Part shown: positions 18,362 through 27,714 of the stretch, piece after piece
How the letters are laid out: each line of letters begins with the position of its first letter
How positions within the stretch are numbered: the stretch's first letter is position 1
From: an uncultured archaeon
GTDB taxonomy: Archaea; Nanohalarchaeota; Nanosalinia; Nanosalinales; Nanosalinaceae
NCBI GenBank assembly: GCA_964421955.1
Contig: CAYQYU010000009.1
Coordinates: 1 to 43,456, forward strand
Direction of reading: 5' to 3'
Length of the DNA: 43,456 nt
The notes under the pieces: generated by a model
Told to the model about the DNA's origin: nothing
The model's database searches: none
The model's input: the letters and a program-made list of their open reading frames with translations, nothing else
Program-made: the position numbers and the translations under genes

Positions 18362-19957
18362 TTATTCAAGCCGCTTGACCATGTAAGGACCTTCTTTCTC
18401 GTAGCCCAGCTTCCTGTAGTACTCTCTTGCGCCAATCCCCGATATCACGACAACTTTATCGCGGCCAAGTTCATGCGCCTTCTCTTCGGCCCAGGCCATC
18501 AGTTCTTTCCCAAGGCCACGGTGCTGGACTTCTCCTTCTTCTCCCAGCGAGGTCGAAGATCCGAGAACCTTGAGCTGCCTCACGATTAGTGAGTCTGAAT
18601 TGATCTCCGGCCTGAAGCTTTCTTCGGGTGCCCTGAGCCGCAGGAAGCCCAGAATAACATCGTTCCCGGCGTCTTCGTAGCTCACGAAGAATTCCTTTCC
18701 ACCGGATGCGTTGTACACTCTTTCGAGAAACTCTGGATTCTCGGGCTCAAGGCCGTGCTTCTGTCTGACATGGCCTACCTCTCGGCACCGTATACACCGG
18801 CACCGCTCTCCTTCCTTCTCAAGTTCCTGGAGAGCCATCTGCCTCATGTTCGTGAGCTGGGGTCCCGCGTCAACCTCGGTCGACGGAATGTCACGCATCA
18901 CACGCTTGATCCTGACATGCGGGGGTATAACCTCCTTCTGTAGCTCTTTGAGCCTCTCCTTCGCCTCCTCATCCGTTATGGGTTCGAAGTCGCCTTCCTC
19001 GTACCGCCTGTACAGTTCAGTTCCCTGTATGACTTCGCACGGGTAAATCTTGATCTCGTCCGGCTGGTACTCCTCTTCTGAAAACACTTTCCGGAACTTC
19101 TGGATGTCTTCCTCGTAACCTTCACCCGGGAGCCCCAGCATCAGGTGGTAGCACACCTTGAAACCCGCATTCTTCAGCCTCCTGGTGGCCTCTATCACCC
19201 GGCCCATTCCATGGCCGCGGTTGGTGCGCTCGTGGGTTTCCTCGAATACCGTCTGGACACCCATCTCGACCCGTGTACCTCCAAACTCGAGTATACGGTC
19301 GATGTGATCGGTCTCGCAGATGTCGGGCCTGGTCTCAAAGGTGACTCCCACACAGCGAACGTCCGAAGTCTCGTTGATCTCCTTTGCGGCGCCAAGATCA
19401 TCCGCCTTTTCCAGCTCTCCCGTGGCGCTTTCTTTAGCATCGTGGTACGTATTGAAGCCGTTAAAGGCCTCGAGCATGAATTCTCGCTGGTAATCCGGGT
19501 CCTGGAACGGGAAGGTTCCTCCCATCACGATAAGCTTCGATTTGTCGATGCTGTGTCCGTTCTTTTCGTACTGGCCGAGTCGGTCGTGCACCTGGTCGAA
19601 GGGGTCGTACTGGTTCCTTATCGCCCGGCGGGTCGCGGGTTCCTTCCCTGTATAGCTCTGGGGCGCATTCTCGCCCTTCGGGCAGTATATACACCCTCCA
19701 CCACAGGGTGCTGGACGTGCCATGATCGCGATGTTGGCGATGCCAGAAATTGTCCGCATCGGCTTGGTCTTAAGTAGCTTCAGCGCCTCCTTCTCATCCT
19801 CTTCCAGGAAACGGATAATGTCCGAATTCTTCGGCATCCCTTCAAAATCGGTCTCCTTGCAGAGCTGTTTCTTCCGGGACTCTATCTCATCCTTCGATTC
19901 GATTTCACCGGACTCGATCTCCTCTATGATGGTCCGGGAAAGTTCCTGGAGCGACAT
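18362..19957 (-). CDS. elp3: tRNA U34 carboxymethyltransferase Elp3 (radical SAM + KAT)
   Basis: KPMRTISG, CGGGCIYCP, PQSYTGKEPA, MGGTF, ETRPD, KIYP, CRCIRCRE, QHRGLGKELM, REYYRKLGY. Confidence 0.95.
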   Translation of the reverse strand: MSLQELSRTIIEEIESGEIESKDEIESRKKQLCKETDFEGMPKNSDIIRFLEEDEKEALKLLKTKPMRTISGIANIAIMARPAPCGGGCIYCPKGENAPQSYTGKEPATRRAIRNQYDPFDQVHDRLGQYEKNGHSIDKSKLIVMGGTFPFQDPDYQREFMLEAFNGFNTYHDAKESATGELEKADDLGAAKEINETSDVRCVGVTFETRPDICETDHIDRILEFGGTRVEMGVQTVFEETHERTNRGHGMGRVIEATRRLKNAGFKVCYHLMLGLPGEGYEEDIQKFRKVFSEEEYQPDEIKIYPCEVIQGTELYRRYEEGDFEPITDEEAKERLKELQKEVIPPHVRIKRVMRDIPSTEVDAGPQLTNMRQMALQELEKEGERCRCIRCREVGHVRQKHGLEPENPEFLERVYNASGGKEFFVSYEDAGNDVILGFLRLRAPEESFRPEINSDSLIVRQLKVLGSSTSLGEEGEVQHRGLGKELMAWAEEKAHELGRDKVVVISGIGAREYYRKLGYEKEGPYMVKRLE

Positions 19958-20009
19958 GATATGCTAGAAGGTATGAAAAGTTAAAAAGAAATACAACCTG
20001 ACCAAAGTT

Positions 20010-20879
20010 ATGGACAACAGAATTTTTCTTGTGGCCGGGCTGGCCGCCGTGGTACTTATCGTCGGTGGTTCGGCAGGATACCAGCTGCTCCAGCAGAAGA
20101 GAGGAACCGCGGCAATAATACCTCTTTCCGGCCAGATAACACCCTCGTCCCCGACTTTCGCCAGCAGCGGTATAACTCCTGGCCAGGTGAGGGACCTAAA
20201 CCAGCAGGCCCGGAACAGGGGTGCCTCAGCAATAATTTACGAGATCAACTCTGGAGGAGGAGCGGTAGTCGCCTCGAAAGAGGTGATGAGGGCTATAGAC
20301 TCTGTAGAGAAGCCAACCGTGTGCAGGATAAGAGACGTGGGTGCCTCGGGAGCCTATCTTGCATCACTGGGATGCGACAGGATAGTCGCTGACTCGGCAT
20401 CACTGACCGGCAGCGTCGGAGTCAGGGCTTCCTACCTCGAGTTTTCAGGATTGCTCCAGAAGCTCGGCATCGAGTACGTCAACATCACCGCGGGCAGATA
20501 CAAGGATTTAGGTTCACAGTACCAGAATATTTCGCAGGAGGAAAGGGAAATACTTCAGGAGAAGATTGGAAGGGTTCACGAAGAGTTTGTATCGACAGTT
20601 GAAGAAAACAGGGATCTGTCCCGGGCGGAAGTTGAACAGGTCAGTACAGGAGAGGCCTTCTTGGGCGAGCGGGCGATGGAACTCGGGCTCGTTGACGAAA
20701 TCGGAGGTAGAAATGCAAGCTTAGAGCTGGCAGAGAACATGACTGGCAAAAAACTGGATACAACAAATATACAGGCCCGGCCATCATTCAACCTATTCTC
20801 CCTCCTCACCGCGGATATAGGCTTCCCGGGTATAGCTACCTCTGCTCCTCTAAAATCAACTTTCCCGGCAGTGAATTAA
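20010..20879 (+). CDS. sppA: Signal peptide peptidase SppA (S49)
   Basis: N-terminal anchor, INSGGG, ASGAY (catalytic Ser), TGSVGV, GRYKD (Lys), GLVDEIG. Confidence 0.92.
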   Translation: MDNRIFLVAGLAAVVLIVGGSAGYQLLQQKRGTAAIIPLSGQITPSSPTFASSGITPGQVRDLNQQARNRGASAIIYEINSGGGAVVASKEVMRAIDSVEKPTVCRIRDVGASGAYLASLGCDRIVADSASLTGSVGVRASYLEFSGLLQKLGIEYVNITAGRYKDLGSQYQNISQEEREILQEKIGRVHEEFVSTVEENRDLSRAEVEQVSTGEAFLGERAMELGLVDEIGGRNASLELAENMTGKKLDTTNIQARPSFNLFSLLTADIGFPGIATSAPLKSTFPAVN

Positions 20880-20889
20880 GTGGAGAAAA

Positions 20890-21729
20890 TCACTCTGGTT
20901 TCTCGGGACCTTCTGGCTCCCTGGAATGATGCCATAGCATGTCAAAGACAGGTTCCATGGTCTCTTCCGCCAGATGATCGCTCCTGGTCCAGAACGCCGT
21001 GTCCTGTGTGGAATGGACGTCTTCACCAGTCATCGAAATTGTCAGGGCGTCGTTGTCAACTATCGCAAAACGTCCGTTCGGAAGACTGAAATCATCTTTT
21101 CCTTCGAGGTGCCGTACCTCGGCAACTTCCCTAAGGTTCTCGTACGAGTTCCTGTTTGCATCGGTCACTGGAGCAAGCACCTTCACGTTAACCCCTTCCT
21201 CACGGGCCTCCTCCAGCAGATCGGAGTGGTTGTCGTACAGGTCGTTCAACCCACCTTCCGAAGTCACGATCTTGATGCTTTCCTGGGCCTCCTGGAACAT
21301 GGTGCCCATGTGCTGGTGGATCTGGTGGCGCCCCTGTAGAGATCCGGACATGTCCGCGGGGTCAACAAGCTCGACTCCCTGATCATAAAGTTCCTCAAGC
21401 TCGGATACTGCGGAAGAATCCTTGAACGAGTCAAGCCTGTTCAGCTTCTCCTCCAGCTCTTTCTGGTGCTGCTTCTTTATGTTCTCTATAGCCTGCTGTG
21501 GAGGAATAGCAACGTACTCCATAGGTTGAGAGGACTTTATAACTGAGAATCCTTTCTCTGCAAGGGACTCGAGAACGTCGTAAGCTCGAGAACGCGGGAC
21601 CTGTGTCATTTCGGATAGTTCCCCAGCAGTAGAAGTACCTCTGCCAAGGAGAGCGGCGTAAATTTTCCGTTCGTACATGTTTAGTCCGATGTCCTCGAGT
21701 TTGTCCAGAGTCTCTTGACTTGCTACCAT
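20890..21729 (-). CDS. TrmB family transcriptional regulator / chromatin protein
   Basis: GLNMYERKIY...VPRSRAYDVLESLAEKG wHTH followed by a PLD-like effector domain; ATG after SD AGGTG. Confidence 0.92.
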   Translation of the reverse strand: MVASQETLDKLEDIGLNMYERKIYAALLGRGTSTAGELSEMTQVPRSRAYDVLESLAEKGFSVIKSSQPMEYVAIPPQQAIENIKKQHQKELEEKLNRLDSFKDSSAVSELEELYDQGVELVDPADMSGSLQGRHQIHQHMGTMFQEAQESIKIVTSEGGLNDLYDNHSDLLEEAREEGVNVKVLAPVTDANRNSYENLREVAEVRHLEGKDDFSLPNGRFAIVDNDALTISMTGEDVHSTQDTAFWTRSDHLAEETMEPVFDMLWHHSREPEGPEKPE

Positions 21730-21849
21730 TTTCACACCTTTATAGTAAAGCTATCATTTACGGGTAGTTATAAACCTTATCCGGCGGTTTCTACCCGAAA
21801 ACCGGAGATGTTTACCATCGTCCAGTAAACAACGTTTATCCCTTGATAT

Positions 21850-22491
21850 TTATAAAAGCTGTTTGAGCTTCCGGCGGAGCCGGTGGAGTAATGTGAGACC
21901 TTTTTTCGAATGAATTCTCTTCTCGGTCCTGAGCCCTCTCCAGCCCGAACTGTCGAAGAAACTCTCCACCTGGTTGTTGTACTCATCATAGAAGCAGGTG
22001 TCGGTCAGGTCGAAGCTGTCGTCTGGTGGCACCGGGTTGTCGGTGTAGGCGAGCAGTACAACACCAATCGCCCGCTTCTCCGTAGGAATCCCGAACTTCT
22101 CCCCTACCTCGCGGTGGTCGAATCCGCTCATCCAGCACGAGGCAAGGCCTTCCGAGGATGCGACAACGCGCATGTTCTGGATGGCGCACGCCACTTCAGC
22201 GCTGGAGTACTCGTCAGCACCCTCACCAACCATCCTTCTCATTCTCTCCGTGTCCGAGATGACTATGATCAGGGTTGGTGCATCAAGGACCCTCTTGTCA
22301 TCCAGAGTCCTGTAGAGCATCTCCTTCTTCTGCTCGCTCTCGACAACGATGAACTCCAGGCTGTCGACATTTCCAGGCGAAGGCGCGCTTCTGCCCGCCT
22401 CAAGTATCTTGCCCACGGTCTCCCGGGGGATCACTTCGTCTCGACAGTTCCGGAAAGATTCCACCTTGCGGACGTCTTCAAAAGTGGTCAT
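21850..22491 (-). CDS. Nitroreductase family protein
   Basis: ILEAGRSAPSPGN...EFIVV and AIQNM...GLASCW motifs. Confidence 0.88.
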   Translation of the reverse strand: MTTFEDVRKVESFRNCRDEVIPRETVGKILEAGRSAPSPGNVDSLEFIVVESEQKKEMLYRTLDDKRVLDAPTLIIVISDTERMRRMVGEGADEYSSAEVACAIQNMRVVASSEGLASCWMSGFDHREVGEKFGIPTEKRAIGVVLLAYTDNPVPPDDSFDLTDTCFYDEYNNQVESFFDSSGWRGLRTEKRIHSKKGLTLLHRLRRKLKQLL

Positions 22492-22543
22492 ACCTATACT
22501 TGGAATCCGATTGTTTAAACCTTTCAGCCTTCCAAACTTGATT

Positions 22544-24211
22544 ATGGAGTACTCCCGTCTCGTAGAGACCTACAGGCAGCTCGAATCCACCCAATCGACT
22601 CTCGAGAAAACATCCATACTCGCGGAACTTTTCGAGGATGCAGGAGATGAACTTCCCGATGTGGTTCTGCTGTCAATGGGCCGCCCTTTTCCAGCGTGGA
22701 AAGACCTCGATCTCGGCATCTCGAGCAAGACCATGGTCTCGATAATTTCGGAGGCTACAGGTAGAAATGAGAACGAGATCGAGGATGCCTGGCGGGAGAA
22801 AGGCGACCTGGGAGAGGTCGCGGAGGACATGGTTGAGAAAAAGACACAGCAGCGGCTGATGGAACAGGATCTGACAGTAGAGCTGTTGATGGAAAAGCTT
22901 GAGAAGGTCGCGCTCATGGGGGAGGGAGAAGGCGAGTCGGTCAACATGGATACAAAGAGAAAGGAAGTCGCCGACCTGATATCATCCTCGGAACCCGGCG
23001 AGGCCCGGTATGTCACGAGAACATTCATCAAGAACATGCGGCTCGGCGTGGGGGGAGGGATAATCCGTGACGCCCTCTCAGAGGCGTTCTTTGACGGCGA
23101 GCACAGGGAGGATATACAGAGAGCCTACGATCTTACCAACGACTTCAGGCAGGTTGCGGAGGCCTGTCGTAAAGGTATTGACGAGGTAAGATCGCTCGAC
23201 ATGGAGCTTTTCCAGCCCGTCAACTCGATGCTGGCAAAAAAGGTTGACACTATCGAGGAAGGCTTCGAGGAAGTGGGGAAGCCCGCGGGGATTGACTACA
23301 AGTACGACGGTATGAGGGCGCAGGTACACATCAGGGGCGGCGAGGTCAAGGTCTTCACCCGCCGCCTGGAAGACGTGACAAGACAGTTCCCTGATGTCGT
23401 TAGGGCCGTGAAGAACAACGTTGATGCGGAGAACGCGATACTTGACACCGAGGTCGTGGCCTACGATACCGACGACTTTAGCACCATACCGTTCCAGGAG
23501 TTATCCAAGCGAATCAAGAGGAAGTATGAAATCCAGAAGCTAAAGAACCAGATACCTGTCGAAGTCAGACCTTTTGACCTGATCTACCTTGAGGGGTCGC
23601 TTCTCGATGAGGAATACAGCGACCGGTGGGAGAAGCTCACCGGGATAGTGGATGAAGAAGAACAGGAGCTCCGGCTCGCCGACCACGTGGTTACTTCGGA
23701 AGAGGAAGAGGTCCAAGAGATGCAGCAGAAAGCACTCGCGGATGGCCAGGAAGGAATCATCATGAAGGCTCTCGATGCGAAGTACAAGCCCGGCTCCCGC
23801 GTGGGCTACATGGTGAAACTGAAGCCTGTGATGGAGACTCTCGACCTCACAATTGTAGGCGGCGAGTGGGGTGAAGGCAGAAGAAGTGGATGGATTGGCA
23901 GCCTGAAGCTGGGAGCCCACAACCCTGAAACAGGCGAGTACGAGGAAGTAGGGAAGATGGCTACGGGACTGACCGACGAGCAGCTTGAGGAGATTACACA
24001 AAAGCTAGAACCGCTTATTACCGAGCAGGAGGGCCGCGAAGTCAAGGTCCGGCCGGAGATAATAGTCGAGGTCGAGTACGAGGAGATCCAGAAGTCGCCG
24101 ACCTATTCTTCAGGTTACGCATTAAGGTTCCCCAGGCTCAAGCAGTTCCGGGAAGACAAGGAAGAGGCGGACTCGGTTGAAAAGGTAGAGTCTCTGTATG
24201 GAGATCAATAG
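22544..24211 (+). CDS. lig: ATP-dependent DNA ligase
   Basis: Motif I DYKYDGMR, EGIIMK, KLKP, GEGRRSG, ALRFPR; start at ATG 22544 (the ORF-track extension overlaps the nitroreductase). Confidence 0.97.
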   Translation: MEYSRLVETYRQLESTQSTLEKTSILAELFEDAGDELPDVVLLSMGRPFPAWKDLDLGISSKTMVSIISEATGRNENEIEDAWREKGDLGEVAEDMVEKKTQQRLMEQDLTVELLMEKLEKVALMGEGEGESVNMDTKRKEVADLISSSEPGEARYVTRTFIKNMRLGVGGGIIRDALSEAFFDGEHREDIQRAYDLTNDFRQVAEACRKGIDEVRSLDMELFQPVNSMLAKKVDTIEEGFEEVGKPAGIDYKYDGMRAQVHIRGGEVKVFTRRLEDVTRQFPDVVRAVKNNVDAENAILDTEVVAYDTDDFSTIPFQELSKRIKRKYEIQKLKNQIPVEVRPFDLIYLEGSLLDEEYSDRWEKLTGIVDEEEQELRLADHVVTSEEEEVQEMQQKALADGQEGIIMKALDAKYKPGSRVGYMVKLKPVMETLDLTIVGGEWGEGRRSGWIGSLKLGAHNPETGEYEEVGKMATGLTDEQLEEITQKLEPLITEQEGREVKVRPEIIVEVEYEEIQKSPTYSSGYALRFPRLKQFREDKEEADSVEKVESLYGDQ

Positions 24212-24261
24212 AATAAAAATAGAATAGAAATAGGAAATAGTACCGCCAGATAGCGGCTTTT

Positions 24262-24600
24262 TTAATCGTGTTTTTGCGCTCGGTGGATATTCATTCCCCG
24301 TTCGGTGTCGAAGGTCTTGCCGCATTCAGGGCAGGAGAATCCTTCTTCCTCATCCTCTTCTTCTGTCTCTGTCGTCACTTCCTCATGGGGTTCAAACTGC
24401 TGCTGCACAGTGGTTGATTCCTCACGTCTCATCTTCCACTCGTCACTCTCGAGCCACACAATGAATGCCCCGATTAGAACAAGCAGAGGTCCGATACCTC
24501 CACGAATTAGAGAGATGAGATCGTTCCAGAACGTCACCGCAGAGTAAACTCCGATGACCACCATGAGCGCTCCTATCAGCACTTTAATCGATGGGTGCAT
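24262..24600 (-). CDS. Small membrane protein with C-terminal C2H2 zinc finger
   Basis: Two TM helices, acidic linker, then CPECGKTFDTERGMNIHRAQKH. Confidence 0.8.
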   Translation of the reverse strand: MHPSIKVLIGALMVVIGVYSAVTFWNDLISLIRGGIGPLLVLIGAFIVWLESDEWKMRREESTTVQQQFEPHEEVTTETEEEDEEEGFSCPECGKTFDTERGMNIHRAQKHD

Positions 24601-24739
24601 GGTATCACAACTCGATAATAACACACAGGTGTTTTATGTGTTTCGCCGCCAGAGACGGATACGGGACAGTTAGCAGGAGAACGAAATTCTGGGTTTCCGG
24701 GCAAGACGTTTATAATGTTTACCTGCTCTTTCTCAAGAT

Positions 24740-25315
24740 ATGTCTTACTACAAATACGCACGTGAACAGTACGACCGGCCGAAGGAGAAGCTGGACGAAC
24801 TCTGGCAGCAGCGGCTCGTTGATTGGCGGGAACAAGGTGCGATCGAGAAAGTCGACAACCCGATCCGCGTCCCGAAAGCCAGACAGGTGGGCTACAAGTC
24901 GAAGGAAGGGTTCCACGTTGTGCGCTCCCGTGTGAAGAAAGGCAACACCAAGCGCGAGAGACCCTCGGGCGGCCGACGTCCAAAGAGAACCGGACAGAAC
25001 CGTTTCAGCCCAAAGAAGTCAAAGCGCGTCGTCGCAGAGCAGCGAGCCTCGGGAAGATTCGACAATCTTGAAGTGCTGAACTCTTACTGGCTCGCAGAAG
25101 ACGGAACCTACCACTGGTTCGAGGTCATCATGGTCGACCCGGAGCACCCACAGATCGAAAGCGACGATGACATCAACTGGATCTGCGATGAAAGGGACCG
25201 AATCGAGCGAGGTCTTACACCCGCATCAAGAGAGTCCCGGGGCCTGAGGAACAAGGGCAAGGGCGCCGAAAAAGTGAGGCCTTCACAGAACGCTAACGAT
25301 AACAGGGGAAAATAA
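24740..25315 (+). CDS. rpl15e: 50S ribosomal protein L15e
   Basis: KARQVGYKSKEG, GRRPKR, NLEVLNSYWLAEDG, WFEVIMVDP, RGLT...RGL. Confidence 0.97.
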   Translation: MSYYKYAREQYDRPKEKLDELWQQRLVDWREQGAIEKVDNPIRVPKARQVGYKSKEGFHVVRSRVKKGNTKRERPSGGRRPKRTGQNRFSPKKSKRVVAEQRASGRFDNLEVLNSYWLAEDGTYHWFEVIMVDPEHPQIESDDDINWICDERDRIERGLTPASRESRGLRNKGKGAEKVRPSQNANDNRGK

Positions 25316-25355
25316 AGGTTAACGAATTAACATTTTCGGGGTCAAAAGTTCTTAC

Positions 25356-25979
25356 ATGCCACAGTTCTACGAACTCTGCCTAAGAGAAACCTCGGAAGAG
25401 ATCGAAGAGCTGGCAGAGGAGCTCGGCTGGACCTCAACCAGCTGCGATTTTGAAACGGTTTTACTCGAAGCCGAGGACTGGGGAGAGCTGAAGCAGAAGA
25501 TAGGAAGTTCCAGGGAAAAGGCCGACGTACTGGTGTTCCTGGGAGGCAACGAGGAGCTGAACCGGAAGGCAGCGGGAGACTCCCGTGTCGATATTATTCT
25601 ACATCCTGAACGCGGAAGGAAGGATTCGGGCATCAACCATGTTATCGCGAAGGAGGCCTCGGAGAATAATGTCGCGATAGGCTTCGACTTCCAGCAGTTA
25701 GTGACAGGAGGAAAAACGCAGACCCATATACTTTCACACTGGCGGCGCAACCTGAAACTGTGCGAGAAGTACAACACGCCGTACATAATCACCTCGGGAG
25801 CACGGGAAAAATACGATCTCAGGGCGCCGAGAGACCTCGAATCCATAATCAACTCTCTCGGGTACGAGGGCAGGAAGGCAGTCTCAGACTATCCCTCCCG
25901 GATACTTGAAAGAGCCGGGAAAGTCGATGAGAATGGCTTCGTGAGGCCCGGCGTTGAAAAGGGAGGTGAAGACTCTTGA
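25356..25979 (+). CDS. rnp3: RNase P protein Rpp30
   Basis: NRKAA...VDIILHP, INHVIAK, ITSGA...DLRAPRDL; conserved rpl15e-rpp30-pop5 order. Confidence 0.92.
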   Translation: MPQFYELCLRETSEEIEELAEELGWTSTSCDFETVLLEAEDWGELKQKIGSSREKADVLVFLGGNEELNRKAAGDSRVDIILHPERGRKDSGINHVIAKEASENNVAIGFDFQQLVTGGKTQTHILSHWRRNLKLCEKYNTPYIITSGAREKYDLRAPRDLESIINSLGYEGRKAVSDYPSRILERAGKVDENGFVRPGVEKGGEDS

Positions 25980-26305
25980 AACGACTGCCGCCTTCCCTGC
26001 AGGAAAAGCAGCGTTACCTCCATTTCAGGATCCACTCCCGCGAAAAAGTTGATCTGGGAGATGTAGTGGACGCGATCTGGGAGGCCGGTCTCGACTACCT
26101 GGGCTCAAAGAGTCTCAGTGAGGCCGACTTCTGGATAATGGGCAACAGGTTCGATGAAAGCAAGCAAGAAGGTATTCTAAGGGTCAATAGATCGAGCGAA
26201 GACGATTTCAGGGCCGCACTTACAACTTTAAATTCTATATCCGGCGAAAAAGCTTTTCTAGAAGTCCTGAATATCTCTGGGACAATTAAATCCCTGGAAA
26301 ACTAA
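25976..26305 (+). CDS. rnp2: RNase P protein Pop5
   Basis: LPPSLQEKQRYL N-terminus and ISGTIKSL C-terminus; TTG start overlapping the rpp30 stop after SD GGAGGTGA. Confidence 0.92.
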   Translation: MKRLPPSLQEKQRYLHFRIHSREKVDLGDVVDAIWEAGLDYLGSKSLSEADFWIMGNRFDESKQEGILRVNRSSEDDFRAALTTLNSISGEKAFLEVLNISGTIKSLEN

Positions 26306-26307
26306 GG

Positions 26308-26529
26308 CTAGCTGTAAGTATTATTGTTGAGATCGCTGAAGGTCTCAATCAGGTCTTTCCAGCCCTCTATGCTTGTATTAACCGCATTATCCATGAAATC
26401 CGGGAGCGGTAACTCTATTCCGGGCGGCTCGACCGGGTTCGGGGCGTAAACAAAGAGGAAAAGCATCACTACAGCCAGAAGCCCCATAAATCCTACTAAC
26501 AGAACGAGTTGCCGGTTGTGCTCTTCCAT
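26308..26529 (-). CDS. Small single-TM hypothetical protein
   Basis: 73 aa with an N-terminal hydrophobic helix then a Pro-rich segment. Confidence 0.6.
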   Translation of the reverse strand: MEEHNRQLVLLVGFMGLLAVVMLFLFVYAPNPVEPPGIELPLPDFMDNAVNTSIEGWKDLIETFSDLNNNTYS

Positions 26530-26657
26530 ATATTTCGCCCCAGTTTATCCTCCTTTATAACCACCTTTAAAAGATTTCCTTTTTAAAACACCAGATACAG
26601 GAGTATTTAAAAAGACCTTCTGGATAGGGTCTGAATCCCTGAACTTATGGTGATAAC

Positions 26658-27227
26658 ATGGCTGAAGAAAAACACGAGATCAAACAAGATGACAGCATCA
26701 AAATTGAGAATGTCGTCGCATCAACCACGCTCGACCGCAGGATGCCGCTCGACAGGATAGCGATCTACCTGGAAAATACGGAGTACGAAGCAGAACAGTT
26801 CCCCGGACTCGTCTACCGACTGAAGGAACCGAAGGCCGCAGTACTCATCTTCGGCTCAGGAAAGGTAGTCTGTACAGGAACCCAGAGCCCGGAGCAGGCG
26901 AAGGAAGCGGTACATAAGATCATCGACGAGCTGAGAGAGGCGGACGTCGATATCGAGACCAAACCCGACATCACGGTACAGAACATGGTCGCATCTTCAG
27001 AACTCGGCCATACGCTGAACCTGAACAGGATCGCTTTCGAGCTTGTCGGTACGGAGTACGAGCCGGAACAGTTCCCCGGACTGGTCTACAGGCTGGACGA
27101 GCCGAAGGTAGTCTTCCTTCTGTTCTCATCCGGGCGCATCGTATGCACTGGCGGAAGGACCTACGACGACGTTAAGAACGGCATCGAGAAGCTCAAGGAG
27201 AACCTCGAGGAGATCGGGGCTCTCTAG
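26658..27227 (+). CDS. tbp: TATA-box binding protein
   Basis: Two repeats with EYE(A/P)EQFPGLVYR and LIFGSGKVVCTG / LLFSSGRIVCTG. Confidence 0.98.
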   Translation: MAEEKHEIKQDDSIKIENVVASTTLDRRMPLDRIAIYLENTEYEAEQFPGLVYRLKEPKAAVLIFGSGKVVCTGTQSPEQAKEAVHKIIDELREADVDIETKPDITVQNMVASSELGHTLNLNRIAFELVGTEYEPEQFPGLVYRLDEPKVVFLLFSSGRIVCTGGRTYDDVKNGIEKLKENLEEIGAL

Positions 27228-27267
27228 GCCACATATCTTTTTCTATTCATTTTACCACTAATTCTAC

Positions 27268-27714
27268 ATGGCAGAGTTCATCTCCGCCACCCTGGTCATC
27301 TGCAGGAATGACGAAGGCAACATTCTGATGGTGCAGGAAGGCAAGGAACATGTCCACGAGAAGTGGGATTTCCCTGGCGGAGGTCTCGAACACGACGAGT
27401 CAGTGAAGGAATGTGCCGAACGAGAGGTGAAGGAGGAAACTGGCTTTGAAGTTGAGGCCACGGGTTTCCACAAGGTCTACATCGAGAAATCGGATACCAC
27501 TGACCTCCCTGTAATCGTGTTCCTGGTAGAGGCAGATATAACCGGTGAAGGCGAGGCAGACCACCATTTCGAGGGCGAGATACTTGACTACCGTTTCTTC
27601 GATCCCGGGCAGATAATCTCTCTTGACCTCAGGAAGGATAGCAGGATTAAAATGCTGGAGGCCTCCTCAGGAGACCCTGTACCCATAGAGAGACTTGAAG
27701 ACGTCCGCCGCTAG
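27268..27714 (+). CDS. NUDIX hydrolase
   Basis: Nudix box GGGLEHDESVKECAEREVKEETG. Confidence 0.92.
   Translation: MAEFISATLVICRNDEGNILMVQEGKEHVHEKWDFPGGGLEHDESVKECAEREVKEETGFEVEATGFHKVYIEKSDTTDLPVIVFLVEADITGEGEADHHFEGEILDYRFFDPGQIISLDLRKDSRIKMLEASSGDPVPIERLEDVRR

Noticed and set aside
22349-22543. 65-aa N-terminal extension of DNA ligase in the ORF track
   Set aside because: It overlaps the divergent nitroreductase; ligase similarity starts at MEYSRL (22544), which follows a TTTAAA box.
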